A DNA stretch of 64,000 nt, taken from NCBI GenBank assembly GCA_963665095.1, contig OY762069.1, positions 3,744,001 through 3,808,000 on the forward strand, given 5' to 3'. The position numbers and the translations under genes are program-made. Below are positions 31,735 through 43,695 of this stretch, piece after piece. How positions within the stretch are numbered: position 1 is the stretch's first letter; every line of letters begins with the position of its first letter. Origin of the DNA: an uncultured Desulfobacter sp. Its GTDB lineage: Bacteria; Desulfobacterota; Desulfobacteria; Desulfobacterales; Desulfobacteraceae. The notes beneath the pieces are model-generated. The model saw only the letters and a program-made list of their open reading frames with translations, ran no database searches and was not told where the DNA came from.

Positions 31735-32301
31735 ATGGGACTACTCAAGAAAAGAAGGTGCCGAAATTGTAGAAGATTATTCGCTCCTAATCCAAGAAAT
31801 ATAGACTCTCAAAAATACTGTTCCAGATCTGAGTGCAGAAAAGCCAGCAAAAGGTGCAGCCAGAAAAAATGGCTGAACAAGCCTGAAAATCGAAACTACT
31901 TTTGTGGGCCTGCCCATGTTGAACGTGTTCAGGAATGGAGAAAGAAGAATCCCGGATATTGGAAGAAGACCAAAAGCCCAGATACGTTACAAGACTCGAT
32001 ATTGCCCCAACAGGCTGAAAATAAACAGGATTCAACGCAATTCATGGACAATGCGTTACAAGATTTCTTACGGGCGCAACCTCCTGTCATTATAGGGTTA
32101 ATCGCCAACTTTACAGGCAGTGCGTTACAAGATGACATCGCTTCCACGCTCCTTCGTATGAAAAAATACGGGCAAGACATTTTATGTTCACAACCCCAAA
32201 AAGAAGGAGAGCAAAATGATTGCAAAGGCCCCCATTTTACCATCCAGGGTTCGAAAAACACCCCAAAGCTTCAGTTGGATCGATCATCGCCTGGTGCGTG
32301 A
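31735..32301 (+). CDS. IS21-associated Cys-rich protein
   Basis: Identical to 26080-26646. Confidence 0.7.
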   Translation: MGLLKKRRCRNCRRLFAPNPRNIDSQKYCSRSECRKASKRCSQKKWLNKPENRNYFCGPAHVERVQEWRKKNPGYWKKTKSPDTLQDSILPQQAENKQDSTQFMDNALQDFLRAQPPVIIGLIANFTGSALQDDIASTLLRMKKYGQDILCSQPQKEGEQNDCKGPHFTIQGSKNTPKLQLDRSSPGA

Positions 32302-32602
32302 ACGGCACATTGACAGGTGTACACACTCCCAGTCCGCCCTATATCTGTTTCTGGTGTGTGTGGCCGACAGTCAAGGCATCAGCTACTATGGAGATAAGGC
32401 GATCATGGATCGGCTGTGCATGGATTCTGATGGCCTGAAGACAGCACGTTCCGGGTTAATACAGAATGGGCTGATTGCCTGGCAGAGACCTATTTACCAG
32501 GTGCTTGCCCTTGACCCTGCTCCTGGTAAATCAAAACGGCACGGCTCCATGCTGCGTCTTTCAGATATTCTAAAAGCAGCAGCGGAGGGCAACCATGATT
32601 GA
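32216..32602 (+). CDS. IS21-associated HTH-like protein
   Basis: Identical to 25779-26165. Confidence 0.7.
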   Translation: MIAKAPILPSRVRKTPQSFSWIDHRLVRERHIDRCTHSQSALYLFLVCVADSQGISYYGDKAIMDRLCMDSDGLKTARSGLIQNGLIAWQRPIYQVLALDPAPGKSKRHGSMLRLSDILKAAAEGNHD

Positions 32603-34070
32603 TTACGAAACCTATGTTCAAATCAGAAATTACTTTACCCGAGACGGCCTGACATACAGCCAGATTGCCAATGCCCTTGATCTGGACCCCAGGACAGTTG
32701 CCAGGTGGGCCAACCTGAAAAGGTACCAGCCCAGACAGTCAGCCCCCAGAGAAAGCAAGCTTGATCCGTATAAGAACGCCATCCTGCATATGCTTGAAAA
32801 ACATCCCTACAGTTCCCGCCAGATATTTCAACGAATCACCCAGGATGGTTTTGCCGGGGGCATCACCATTGTTGAGGATTATGTCAGGAAGGTGCGGCCG
32901 CCCAAAACAAAGGCGTATTTGAAACTGAGTTTTGCTCCGGGTGAAGCTGCCCAGGTGGACTGGGGTTCTTATAGTACAGTAAGGGTGGGCAACACGACCC
33001 GGCGGTTGAGCTTTTTTGTGATGGTGATGTGCCACAGCCGCATGATGTACGTTGAGTTCACGGTCTCCCAGACCATGGAGCATTTTTTAGGCTGCCACCA
33101 GAATGCATTTGAGTTTTTTGGAAAGGTGCCGGAAAAGGTCATGGTGGACAATCTCAAATCCGCTGTTCTAAAAAGACTGCTGGGGAAAGCCCCGGTCTTC
33201 AACCCCAGATACCTTGATTTTGCAGATTATTACGGATTTACAATTGTTCCCTGTAATGTGCGCAAGGGTAATGAAAAAGGCCGGGTTGAAAATGCTGTGG
33301 GCTATGTCAAAAAGAATCTGCTCAACGGTCTTGAAATCCCTGATTTTAAGATCATGGAGCCCACCTGCAAACACTGGCTTGATACTGTCGCCAATGTCAG
33401 AACCCACGGAGAGACCGGTCAAAAGCCCGCAGAGATGTATGCCCTGGAATTGCCCCACCTATACCCTCTGCCGTCAGAACCCTATGATATCGGTGTGGTA
33501 AAGCAGGTACGGGCTTCAAGACAGTACAGGGTAGTCATCGATACAAATGCTTACACAGTACCCGCCCAGCTGGCAGGGGTGGCTTTGACTGCCAAGCTTT
33601 ACCCTGATCGGATCTGCTTTTACCATGAAGACAAGTTGGTTGCCCGCCATGTCAGATCCTATGGCCGCAAAAACGACCTTGAAGATCCTGATCACTCTAA
33701 AATCCTTTTGAGCCAGCGCAAAAAGGCCAGAGACCAGGCAATTTATATGCGTTTTTTAAGCCTCTCTGACAAGGCCCGGGAGTATTACAGGCAATTGCAG
33801 AACAGGCGGCTTAACGCCTCCCATCATGTACGGCAAATCGTGGCCTTGAGTGAAATCTACTCCCGGGAACAAGTTGCCATGGCCATTGAAGATGCCTTTA
33901 AGTTCTCTGCATTCTCATGTGAATACATCGCCAACCTCCTTGAGCAGCGGGTTCGGTCTCCCCAGGAGCCCGGAGCCCTGCATGTTACACATAAAGCAGA
34001 TTTACTGAACCTGACAATCCAGGAGCCTGATCTTAATATTTATACCGCCATAGGAGATAAAAATGCCTGA
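32595..34070 (+). CDS. istA: IstA transposase
   Basis: As copy 1. Confidence 0.93.
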   Translation: MIDYETYVQIRNYFTRDGLTYSQIANALDLDPRTVARWANLKRYQPRQSAPRESKLDPYKNAILHMLEKHPYSSRQIFQRITQDGFAGGITIVEDYVRKVRPPKTKAYLKLSFAPGEAAQVDWGSYSTVRVGNTTRRLSFFVMVMCHSRMMYVEFTVSQTMEHFLGCHQNAFEFFGKVPEKVMVDNLKSAVLKRLLGKAPVFNPRYLDFADYYGFTIVPCNVRKGNEKGRVENAVGYVKKNLLNGLEIPDFKIMEPTCKHWLDTVANVRTHGETGQKPAEMYALELPHLYPLPSEPYDIGVVKQVRASRQYRVVIDTNAYTVPAQLAGVALTAKLYPDRICFYHEDKLVARHVRSYGRKNDLEDPDHSKILLSQRKKARDQAIYMRFLSLSDKAREYYRQLQNRRLNASHHVRQIVALSEIYSREQVAMAIEDAFKFSAFSCEYIANLLEQRVRSPQEPGALHVTHKADLLNLTIQEPDLNIYTAIGDKNA

Positions 34071-34797
34071 TCTTGAGAAATGCCTGTCCCACTTAAAACT
34101 ACCTTATATCAGGGAAAACTATGAGTCAGTGGCTACCCTGGCTGCCCAGAAGCAATGGAGCCACGTTCAATATCTATCAGAGCTTGCCAGGCATGAATCA
34201 CTACTGCGCCATGATAAAACCATCCAGCGCCGTATCCGTATGGCCAAGTTCCCGGTAATCAAAACCCTGGACCAGTTCAACTGGTCATGGCCCAGAAAAA
34301 TCAATCAGGCTCAGATCCAGAATCTGTTCAGACTCAAGTTCATTGAAGAAAAGGGTAACATTATCGTGATCGGCCCGGTCGGTGTTGGGAAAACACATAT
34401 TGCGACTGCTTTAGGTTACCAGGCCTGCCTGAAAAACCATACGGTTCTGTTCTCTTCTGCCATTGATATCGTCAACAATCTGGTGGCAGCCCAGAAGGCG
34501 GGTCAGTTAAAGCAGGAACTGAGAAAATACCTCAAGCCAACTTTGTTGATCATGGATGAACTGGGCTACCTGCCCATTGACAAGATTGGGGCAGACCTGT
34601 TGTTCCAAATTATCAGTCAGCGCTATGAGCAAGGAGCCATCATAATAACCACAAACCGGGTGTTCAAAGATTGGCCGGAGATCTTCAACAATGACATGAC
34701 ATTAACATCAGCTTTGCTGGACAGGCTTCTTCACCACACCGAGCCTGTGGTCATTGAGGGTAAGAGTTTTAGAATGAAAGATGTGACGGAAGAATAA
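34063..34797 (+). CDS. istB: IstB ATPase
   Basis: As copy 1. Confidence 0.93.
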   Translation: MPDLEKCLSHLKLPYIRENYESVATLAAQKQWSHVQYLSELARHESLLRHDKTIQRRIRMAKFPVIKTLDQFNWSWPRKINQAQIQNLFRLKFIEEKGNIIVIGPVGVGKTHIATALGYQACLKNHTVLFSSAIDIVNNLVAAQKAGQLKQELRKYLKPTLLIMDELGYLPIDKIGADLLFQIISQRYEQGAIIITTNRVFKDWPEIFNNDMTLTSALLDRLLHHTEPVVIEGKSFRMKDVTEE

Positions 34798-34896
34798 CAA
34801 AGCCGAGGCCGGTCTACATGCATCTGGAGGCCGGCCCTTTAATCGCCTACATTTTTAAACCGGGAGATTTATGACATGTTCACGCCCCGCCTGACA

Positions 34897-37800
34897 ATCC
34901 GGAGCATGGGCCGGACCATTACCCTGCCCAAAATGTCCCTGGCACCGGCTGAAGATACGCAGATCAAACGCGGTATCATGAATGCCGTGTACTTTACCGT
35001 AGAAAATCAGTCCGGCAAAGCGTTATCCGGCATGAAAATCAAGGCGGACCTTGGCGGCCGCACCCACCAGTCCGCCGTCTTTGCCCTGGCAGCCAAAGAG
35101 TCCCAATCCATAGAGGTAATTATCGGCGGATATGACGAACTTGCCGATATAGAGCTTCTCACCACAAGCCTTGTGATCACGCCCAATGCCGGAGAAACCG
35201 TCACCATCACAAGAACGTCTCAGGTGGAGGTGTCAGACAGCCTGATGCCGCTGCAGATTAAAAACGAAGAATTCATCCGGGGCGGTGCCGGCAGGGTCTG
35301 GTTCACCCTGTCCAATACAGGGGCAGCCGTTGCCGAGATCGTCACCGCAGAAACCAGCAACGCCGCAGCCTCTTCAGAGATCCGGTACTATCTCATGGAT
35401 GAGGACGACAATGTCCTGTACGCCAAGGCGTTCAAGCAAAGCCTGGGCGACCACATCGTAACCCTGCCCAACAGGCGCACCGTGGCCAGGATACCGGCCG
35501 GCCAGATGTTTACCTCCGCCCCCATGGACCTGTTCGTCCCTGCCAATGCCCCGGACACGGTATACGTGCGCCTGGAGATTGACCATATATACAACAGCCT
35601 GGGCCAGGACAGCCAGGTTACCATGGCAGGCACCAGAACCCGGCAGCAGATCAGCCTGAAGGATACCTCCTATTACGGTGAGATCCTCTCCATAGCCCCG
35701 GAGGTCTCCAAGGGGGACCAGGACATTGTGATCACGGGCCGGGCCATTGACCGGGCCACTCAAGAGCCCCTGGCAGATGCGGCGTTGAACCTGTTTATCA
35801 CGGTCAGCGGTTTTGAGCGCAAAATCTCCGTGATGACCGGATCAGACGGTACCTTTACCCACACCTTTGAACCCCTTGAGAATGAAGCCGGCATTTTTTA
35901 TGTGCATGCGGTCCATCCGGATCTTCTGGACCGGCCAAACCAGGGCAGCTTTATCATCAACAAGGTCCAGGTTACCCCATCCAAGATCCAGGTATCTGTC
36001 CCCCGGAACTATGAGCAGAAGATCAGCCTCAAGGTAGTCACAGAAACAGGCACGGACCTGACCAACCTGACCGTGGCGGCCAATGCAGCGCTTCCCCAGG
36101 GGGTCCATCTGGACTGCGGTGAGCCCATCGCCATTGTTGAAGGCGGCAGAACCGTAACTTTAAGCCCGGTTCTCTGGGCAGACAACAGTGCCGAAGATAC
36201 ATCTTTGATTGAGCTTGTTGTCACCAGCGACGAGTCTGCGGGAGCCCCCTGGGCCACCATCCTGGTGGATGCCCTTTATTCTCAGAGCGAACCGGCCCTG
36301 TATTTTACTCCGGACCATATAGAAACCGGTGTGGCCCAGGGCGACATGGTCACCGAGACCATCACCCTGAGCAACAAGGGGCTTGCCGCCATGACCGGCG
36401 TGGCCCTGACCCTGATCAACTCCCAGGGCAATAGCGCCCCTGACTGGATACGGCTCAACACCCCGTCAGACATCGGCACCCTGGCTGTGGGGGATGAACG
36501 CAACGTCTCCATCAGCTTTCTTCCCGGGACTGATGAGCCCCAGGGCATGCAGGTCTTTTATCTGAAAGTTGAAAGCGACAACTACCCCGAAACCAAAATC
36601 GGCCTCTACCCCACCATCTCAAGCTCCGGCATCGGCAGTGTCCTGTTCAAGCTGTCTGATATCTACACCGGCACCTTCAATGCCAAAAACGAGCTGATCC
36701 GGGGCCTTGGCAATGCCAGAATCCGGATGCAGAACGAAGCCACATTAGCCGACCACACAGCCACCACAGACGACCTGGGCGAAGCCCTGTTCGAGGATCT
36801 GCCCTCAGGGGCCTACAAATGCAAAATCACCGCAAACAACCACCAGGAGTACACCGGCCGTGTCTGGGTCAAGCCCGGCATTACCGTGGCAAAGGAGGTG
36901 TTCCTGGAGTACAACCTGGTCACCGTGGAGTGGGAGGTCAACGAGATCACCATTGAAGATAAATACGAAATCCTGCTCTCAGCCACATTTGAGACCGATG
37001 TCCCTGCTGCCGTGGTCGTGGCCGAACCCTTGTCCGTCACCCTGCCGGACATGGAAAAAGGCGATGTCTACCTGGGCGAGTTCACCTTAACCAACCACGG
37101 CCTGATCCGGGCGGACGACCTTGACATCCCCGTGCCTGACAGCGACGACAACTTCCAGTACGAGATCCTCACCGGCATTCCCGAGTCTCTGGAAGCCAAA
37201 CAGCGGCTCACCATCCCCTACCGCATCACCTGCCTTAACTCCCTGGAAGCTGACGAGGAAGACCAGACCGGCGGGGGCTGCTATACCTACCAGAAGTGCA
37301 TCCCCATATCCTACGGGTATGAGTGCGCCAACGGCCGGAACACCAGCGGTGCCACCCGGCACTGTTTTTACAAGAGCTGCGGCACATGCGGCTCCGGCAG
37401 TTCCGGCGGCAGCACCAGCGGCGGGGGCTCTTCCGGCTACTATTACTCAGGGGACGGCGGAGCCTCATCTTCATCCTCAGCCCCGTCCTACACCCCCATG
37501 GAAACAGACGAACAAAAATGCCTGCCCTCACCAGACCCCAAAGAACCCGAGTGCGACAAATGCAAGGCCACCAGCCAGAACCAGAGCATCACCGTAGGCA
37601 GTGAAGTGAACACCCTTATGAGAGAATACAGGGACGAAGCCACGGACCTGGCCGTTAAAACAGCCGGGGGCTTGCTCTCCATCACCCGGCGGTACCGGTC
37701 CGGCACCTGGCAGTGGGATGACCTGAAGCAAATGGTTGACGGCCGTCCCGATGCCACCTCCCCGTACACCCCTTCCGCCTATGGCCCGGATTATGTGACC

Positions 37801-40153
37801 CGGGGGGATGTGCCCTATGAAAAAACCGCCTCAGGCATATACAAAAACGAGACATTCACCATAGAGCGCAAAACCGATACAGATCAATACCAGGCAGACA
37901 AGTACACGTTCAAAGACAAGCACGGCAACTGGATCATCTACGACACTTCGGGCCGGCCCATGTCATACGGCAGCCGCACCGGCACCACAGCCACATACCT
38001 GTATAACAGCCAGTACGATACCCGGCCCTCCGGCCTTGAGGACCGATACGGCGCACTGGTGTTCTCGTTTGATTTTGACGGAGACGGCAACCTGATCCGG
38101 GTCTATGATGCCGATGCCAGGGAGGTGCGCTACGATTACACTGACGGCCGCCTCACCCGGGTCACGGATGTACTTGACCATGAAACCGCTTACGAATACA
38201 GCAACGGCAACCTGATCAAAAAGACCAATGCCCTGGGCCATGAGACCCTGATCACCTACAACTCTTCCAATGATCCCGTCGAGGTCACCAACCCCGGCGG
38301 CGGGGCCTACACCTTTGAATACGACTATGACAAAAACAAAAAGCAGTACTATGCCATGGTCAAAACCCCGGGCGGCACAGTCAGGGAGATGTGGTACTCT
38401 GCCGACAGCGACACCATCCGGGTGGACATAAACGGAGAGACCATCCAAAAGGTTGATGTGGACAACAGGACCCACATCATCACAGACAGGGCCGGCAACG
38501 AGACAATCAAAACCTATGATGAAAACGACAACCTTAAATCCATTACCTATCCTGACGGCACCAAGGTGCTGTACCAGTATGACCTGTCCCTGAACAAGCC
38601 GGTGCAAAAGCAGGACCGGCGCAACAGCATCACCACCAATGAGTACGACAATGCCGGCAACCTGATCCAAAAGGTTGATGCCAAAGGCACCACCACGGAA
38701 CGTACCACCACCTATACCTATGATGCTGACGGAAACATCCTGTCTTCAACCATTGAGGCGGATACCAGCACGGAAGAAAGTACCACCACCTTTACCTATG
38801 ACACCACCGGTAACCTTGAATCCGTAACAGATCCCGAAGGCCACACCACCAGGTTCACAAGCTTTGACATCATGGGCAATGTGCTGGCAAAAACCGATGC
38901 CAGGGGTAAAGAGTGGTCCTACATCTACGATGCCAAAGGACGGCTGACGGCCACCACAGATCCTTTGGACCACACCACTACCTTTGAATATGATGCCCTG
39001 GACAACCGCACAGCTGTCATTGATCCCAACCTCAAACGGACAGAATACGAATATGACACCCTATCCAACCTGGTCAAGGTCAAAGATCCATTAGGCAATG
39101 GGACCCTGATGACTTACACTCCGGACCAAAAGCTGTCTTCACAAACCGATGCCACAGGCAGCACCACAGCCTACGAGTACGACAATGAAAACCGCCTGAC
39201 CCTGACCATGGACCCGGCCGGCAACGAAACCCGGCTCACCTATACAGACGGGTCCGGCTGCTCCTCCTGCGCATCCGGCTCCGGCAACCAGATCGACACG
39301 GTAACCTACCCGACCTTCAAAAAACAGTTCACCTACGACACCCAGGGAAGAAAGCTGACAGAAACCGATATCCTGTCTGACACGGAATCCCGGACCACGG
39401 CCTTTGAATACGACAATGCAGGCAACCTGATCCTGAAAACCGACGCACAGGACAACGACACCCTTTACGCCTATGACGCCCTGAACCGCCTGACGATTGT
39501 GGCAGATCCAGCCGGCGGCATGACCCGGTACGAATACGACGCCCGGGACAACCTGATCAGCCTCACCGACGCCAATGACAATACCACCCGGTTCGAGTAC
39601 GACCGTGCCAACCGCCTGACAAAAGAGATCCGCCCCATGGGCCAGACAACAGCCTATGTCTATGATGAAAGCGGAAACCTGGCCCAGAAGACAGATGCTA
39701 AGAACCAGCTTACCACCTATACCTACGACACAGCCAACCGCCTGACCCAAATCAAATACTATGCCGACGCATCAGATCCCGATTCCGCCAAAACCGTCAA
39801 GTTCACCTACGACAACGCCGGCAATCTGCTCACCTGGAACGATGGCTCTGCATCCGGCACATTTACCTATGACGACCTGAACCGCAAGCTCACTGATACA
39901 GTCAACTTCGGGCCGTTCACAAAAACCATTACCTACACCTGGGCTGCCAACAGCCAGAAAAACAGCTACACAGACCCATCCGGCAATGTTTACAATTACG
40001 CCTACGTCAACAACCAACTCGCAGGCATTGAACTGCCGGGCACCGGCACCATCCCCACCAGTGCCTACAAATGGAACCGGCCGGCCACCATCCAGTACCC
40101 GGGCGGTACTAAACAAACCCGGACCTATGACCCGCTCATGCGCCTGACCTCGG
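34897..40153 (+). pseudogene. Rhs copy 3, middle part (Ig-like domains, Gly/Ser linker, YD repeats)
   Basis: ORF 34876-40212, bounded by IS21 and the DDE/ExeA element. Confidence 0.9.
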
Positions 40154-40350
40154 TGAGAGGAAGCACGATAATCAATGGAGCGACAATCAGGATAAATCAG
40201 GGAAAGGCATAACTGTATTTTCAATGATTAGCAGATGTCGCTGCGCTCCGACTGATTTTATTGGGTTTTTTAAGGCATGAGCAGGAAAGCTTGAATAATA
40301 CAGAAAGGGGAAGCAGGTCAACCCCGCTTCCCCCGGCGCATTATTCAATG

Positions 40351-40593
40351 CTACCTGCTTTTGGCTATCCCTTGCCGGGTTTCCTCCCCAGGATGTCCCG
40401 GCTCCGTTTCACCAAAACCATAAAATTCATTTTCTCTTTGTTCCTCTTGTTTGATCTCCAGCAATTCTGTCAAAAGATGATTTTCCGAGTTTATTTTTTT
40501 TAAACTGACAAGGATCAACTCCATGACCAGATTGCCCAGCTCGTCGACAATTTCAGCCATTGTTTTTTCAAGTTGTGTTTCTTTGATTGTCAT
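40351..40593 (-). CDS. Small hypothetical protein of the element
   Basis: GAGG RBS; follows the ATPase. Confidence 0.55.
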   Translation of the reverse strand: MTIKETQLEKTMAEIVDELGNLVMELILVSLKKINSENHLLTELLEIKQEEQRENEFYGFGETEPGHPGEETRQGIAKSR

Positions 40594-40604
40594 TTTTATA
40601 CCTC

Positions 40605-41429
40605 TTATCTGGTTGGCGACGGTTTCAGTGAAAAAAGCTCTATGAAAAGTTTCTCATCCAGTTGCGGCAGCTCTCTTTGAACGCCCACTTCAAGCAGTTC
40701 TGCCGACATATTATTGAGAACCCGTAAGTTTCCTGTACAGTGCTCTACCAAAGCGGTAATTAAAGGTTTTGTCATGAGTTGAGGCGCTCCGGCCTGGTTT
40801 AGGCAATGCGCTATATAATCCAACAACTCTTCCCGGGTATAAGGCTCCAATTTTAACCGGAACCGGAGTCGACTGCCCAGGGCTACCAATGCACTGGTTC
40901 TGAACCGTTCCGGCAGCCGGGTATCACCACAGATAATGGTGGTCAATAAATTCTGGGAGTCAAAATCCATACTGTTGAGCAACCGAAGCTCATTCAGGCA
41001 TCCCGTAAGCATTTCCTGAGCCTCATCAATGAGCAGGACGGGCCTGAACAGGGTTGTTTTTATATGATTTTTCCATCGTTGCCGGAGATCTTTGAACCCT
41101 CCGTAACGGTTGGCCGGACTCAAATTGACACCAAACAATGTCCCCATTTCCCGATAAAAATCGGCTACACTGCTTTGGGGCCGCTCCATAACGCCGACAA
41201 CGACTTCATCAAGCTTGCCAAGCTGATGGGCAATCGCCTGCAGTATCTTGGATTTACCAAGACCGGGTTCTCCGGCAATCAATGCAAATCCACCGTTCAT
41301 GATCATATTTTCAAGGCGGATAATAAACGCGTCCATCCGGGGCGGATGCCATAATGAGTCCACAGGGATGTTTGGTAAAAAAGGATTGTACTTCAATCCA
41401 TAATAAGCCAGTAATCGTTTGCTGTTCAT
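40605..41429 (-). CDS. ExeA-like AAA ATPase
   Basis: YYGLKYNPF, GEPGLGKS, LLIDEAQ; TGATG overlap with the transposase stop. Confidence 0.88.
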   Translation of the reverse strand: MNSKRLLAYYGLKYNPFLPNIPVDSLWHPPRMDAFIIRLENMIMNGGFALIAGEPGLGKSKILQAIAHQLGKLDEVVVGVMERPQSSVADFYREMGTLFGVNLSPANRYGGFKDLRQRWKNHIKTTLFRPVLLIDEAQEMLTGCLNELRLLNSMDFDSQNLLTTIICGDTRLPERFRTSALVALGSRLRFRLKLEPYTREELLDYIAHCLNQAGAPQLMTKPLITALVEHCTGNLRVLNNMSAELLEVGVQRELPQLDEKLFIELFSLKPSPTR

Positions 41430-42874
41430 CACCTTTCCTCCATTGGCAAGTAGGCACAAGGCATTCCGGTTGCTGCATAATCGGACAAGAGCTTTTTAAG
41501 CAGGGCCGGTTCTAATCCGGACAGGGTTTCATGGCCGGGGTTGATTTCATCCGGTGTGGATCTGATACGACGGATTGCTGAAGCATTCTTTGTCTTGTCC
41601 TGGGGATAAATTGCGGCAAGCTTATTTCCGGTTCGTTTGTCTATCAGCCAGGCAACCGATTTATCCCAGGAGCAGAAACAGACATGAAGGCGCTGGATAT
41701 GATTAAACCGTGAAGGGATTTCAAACCGGATGCCCATCAAAGAGATGGTACCATCGGATAGACGCTGTTTTCTGGATTCACAGGCTGTAAACGAAAATTG
41801 AAGCTGTTCAGGTTCCGGTGCAGGACGGGACACATCCTTGCCGTCAAGGGCGCATTGCAATGGCGACATATGAATTTCATCATGGGTTGACTTGTTGTAT
41901 TCCATCTCGATCCAGGCCTGGGAGACCTGGTTTAAATATACCAGGGTCAAGGAATCCATCCGGCTCAGCATGGCGATCAGCCGGCCTTCAAGTGTACCCC
42001 AAAAGGCTTCCTGTTTCCCATTTTGATAGGGCGAGTACGGCAACGTGGTCTCATGGCTGACGCCCAATCGTTTAAGTCCATTGACGGTTTCATGAGCAAT
42101 CATGGCAGAACCATTATCTGTCATCAAAGCTCTGGGAAGCCCTCTTTTGTAAAACGCCTGGGACAAGCCGTGGATCAACACCTCTGCCGTTTCATTCAAA
42201 TACCATTGAATATGACAACACAGACGGGAGCGGTCATCAAGAATGCACAATGCCTTGGGCGTATGCCACTGACCTTTTTCGTCCACCACGCGCCTGCTGC
42301 ATTCGTGAAAGTCCAGATGCCATAATTCATGGATATTTTCGGCTTCATAACCGCGGACTTCATACGTTTCAAATCGTTTAGACGCTGATTTCTGTCCGGA
42401 TGTTTGATTTTTGTTATTGGAAGCCTTTTTTCTCCAACCCCGTTCAACCATACGCCTTCTCACACTTGCATAGGACGGCGGATTCTCACACAGGCCCTGT
42501 TCAGCGATTTCAGCTGCCAGGTTGTCGCAATGAAGCTGATAGCTCCATTGCGGATAAGTGTTGTACTGGACACCAAGAAGGCGGATCAATTCAGCATTCA
42601 ATGCTGTGGATTTGCCCATATCTGAACGGACTTTACGGCCCAGTGCCAGAATTGGGTCCTGACAATTTTTTGCCCTGTAATACCAGGCCTCAATGGTGGA
42701 AAAATGAAAACAGGTCGGTTTGTTCGTCACAGGATGAGAATAGATTTGACCTGCGAGCCGGGTCAGTTCAATTTGCAATTCTCCCTTTGCCGGAGGGCGT
42801 GCCAGTAAACCACCGATAACCGAAAAGCGAAATAATGCCCACAGGTCTGCCGGGTGTTGTGTTTTACCACTCAT
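41429..42874 (-). CDS. DDE integrase/Mu-like transposase
   Basis: LWHLDF, ILDDRSR, MTDNGS, NGKQE. Confidence 0.9.
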   Translation of the reverse strand: MSGKTQHPADLWALFRFSVIGGLLARPPAKGELQIELTRLAGQIYSHPVTNKPTCFHFSTIEAWYYRAKNCQDPILALGRKVRSDMGKSTALNAELIRLLGVQYNTYPQWSYQLHCDNLAAEIAEQGLCENPPSYASVRRRMVERGWRKKASNNKNQTSGQKSASKRFETYEVRGYEAENIHELWHLDFHECSRRVVDEKGQWHTPKALCILDDRSRLCCHIQWYLNETAEVLIHGLSQAFYKRGLPRALMTDNGSAMIAHETVNGLKRLGVSHETTLPYSPYQNGKQEAFWGTLEGRLIAMLSRMDSLTLVYLNQVSQAWIEMEYNKSTHDEIHMSPLQCALDGKDVSRPAPEPEQLQFSFTACESRKQRLSDGTISLMGIRFEIPSRFNHIQRLHVCFCSWDKSVAWLIDKRTGNKLAAIYPQDKTKNASAIRRIRSTPDEINPGHETLSGLEPALLKKLLSDYAATGMPCAYLPMEER

Positions 42875-42980
42875 AAATCAGGCTCCTTTTTAATTTCAGG
42901 TTAAAATTTCGGATCAACGCCTGGGATCAGGTGGTAAAACAACCTGCATGTATTTGTCTATGTTCATCCTCTGCGCGAAA

Positions 42981-43556
42981 TTATCCGGCCCTGATTTTGG
43001 ACCCGCCTGATAAGATTATCAGGCTTGATACAAGCGCGTCTCCGGCGTTGGATTTCACCGTCCGGCAATAATTGATGAAACTTGACGGCAGACGGCTGTT
43101 ACTGACACCGGCGGATATTTGCCCCCGAATCTTGCGCCAGGTTCGGCTCGCTGGAAACGTATCCTGAAAAAAGCCAAGCCAGCGGTTTAATGTGTTCCGG
43201 CAAATGCCTGTTCGTATGGACCAGTCAGACACGTTGACTTTTTCATTGGTATTTTGCCAGTCCGTTAAAACACACAGAATAACTGCAAACCAGTAGACTT
43301 TTCTTCCCAGAAAACGGCAGGACGGCGGCATCAGTCTTTTGCGACACCCTTCGTTTCCACAACACAGGCTGAACTGAATAAAGAACTCCTCCGGCACGCC
43401 CTCAGGCTCTCCCCGGGGCTTGCGCATGTAATTGCTGAAATATAAGGGGCCGCCACAATAGGGGCAAGGCAACTGTCTGTACTGTTCTGCTGTACTTTTG
43501 TCGATTTCGTAAAGACGGGAAAAAAGATTTTTATTTTTAATAAGTTCTGATAGCAT
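42981..43556 (-). CDS. Cys-rich hypothetical protein with a probable HTH
   Basis: CPYCGG...CC...CRKR...PPS.RFLGRKVY. Confidence 0.7.
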   Translation of the reverse strand: MLSELIKNKNLFSRLYEIDKSTAEQYRQLPCPYCGGPLYFSNYMRKPRGEPEGVPEEFFIQFSLCCGNEGCRKRLMPPSCRFLGRKVYWFAVILCVLTDWQNTNEKVNVSDWSIRTGICRNTLNRWLGFFQDTFPASRTWRKIRGQISAGVSNSRLPSSFINYCRTVKSNAGDALVSSLIILSGGSKIRAG

Positions 43557-43695
43557 ATCTCCTGCCCTGTTGGGGGTAATAGGGGCAGAAGTTCCATTGA
43601 TTATTTGCGAGATAAACGGGGGAGCTTCTGCCTCATCCCTGACATATCTTGCAAATTATCTTTAATTTTTCCATGATTTTTTGTGATCATTCTCA

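Larger units (their letters stand above)
31545..34896 (+). mobile_element. IS21-like element, copy 2
   Basis: Inverted copy of 23485-26836; two amino-acid differences in IstA. Confidence 0.93.
40154..43695 (-). mobile_element. 3.5-kb transposable element: Cys-rich ORF, DDE integrase-like transposase, ExeA-like AAA ATPase, small ORF
   Basis: Imperfect TGAGA...TCTCA ends; 6-bp TSD CCTCGG (40148-40153 / 43696-43701) inside Rhs. Confidence 0.9.

Noticed and set aside
40605..41429. Type II secretion ExeA/GspA gene
   Set aside because: It lies inside a TSD-bounded transposon and is coupled to the transposase.
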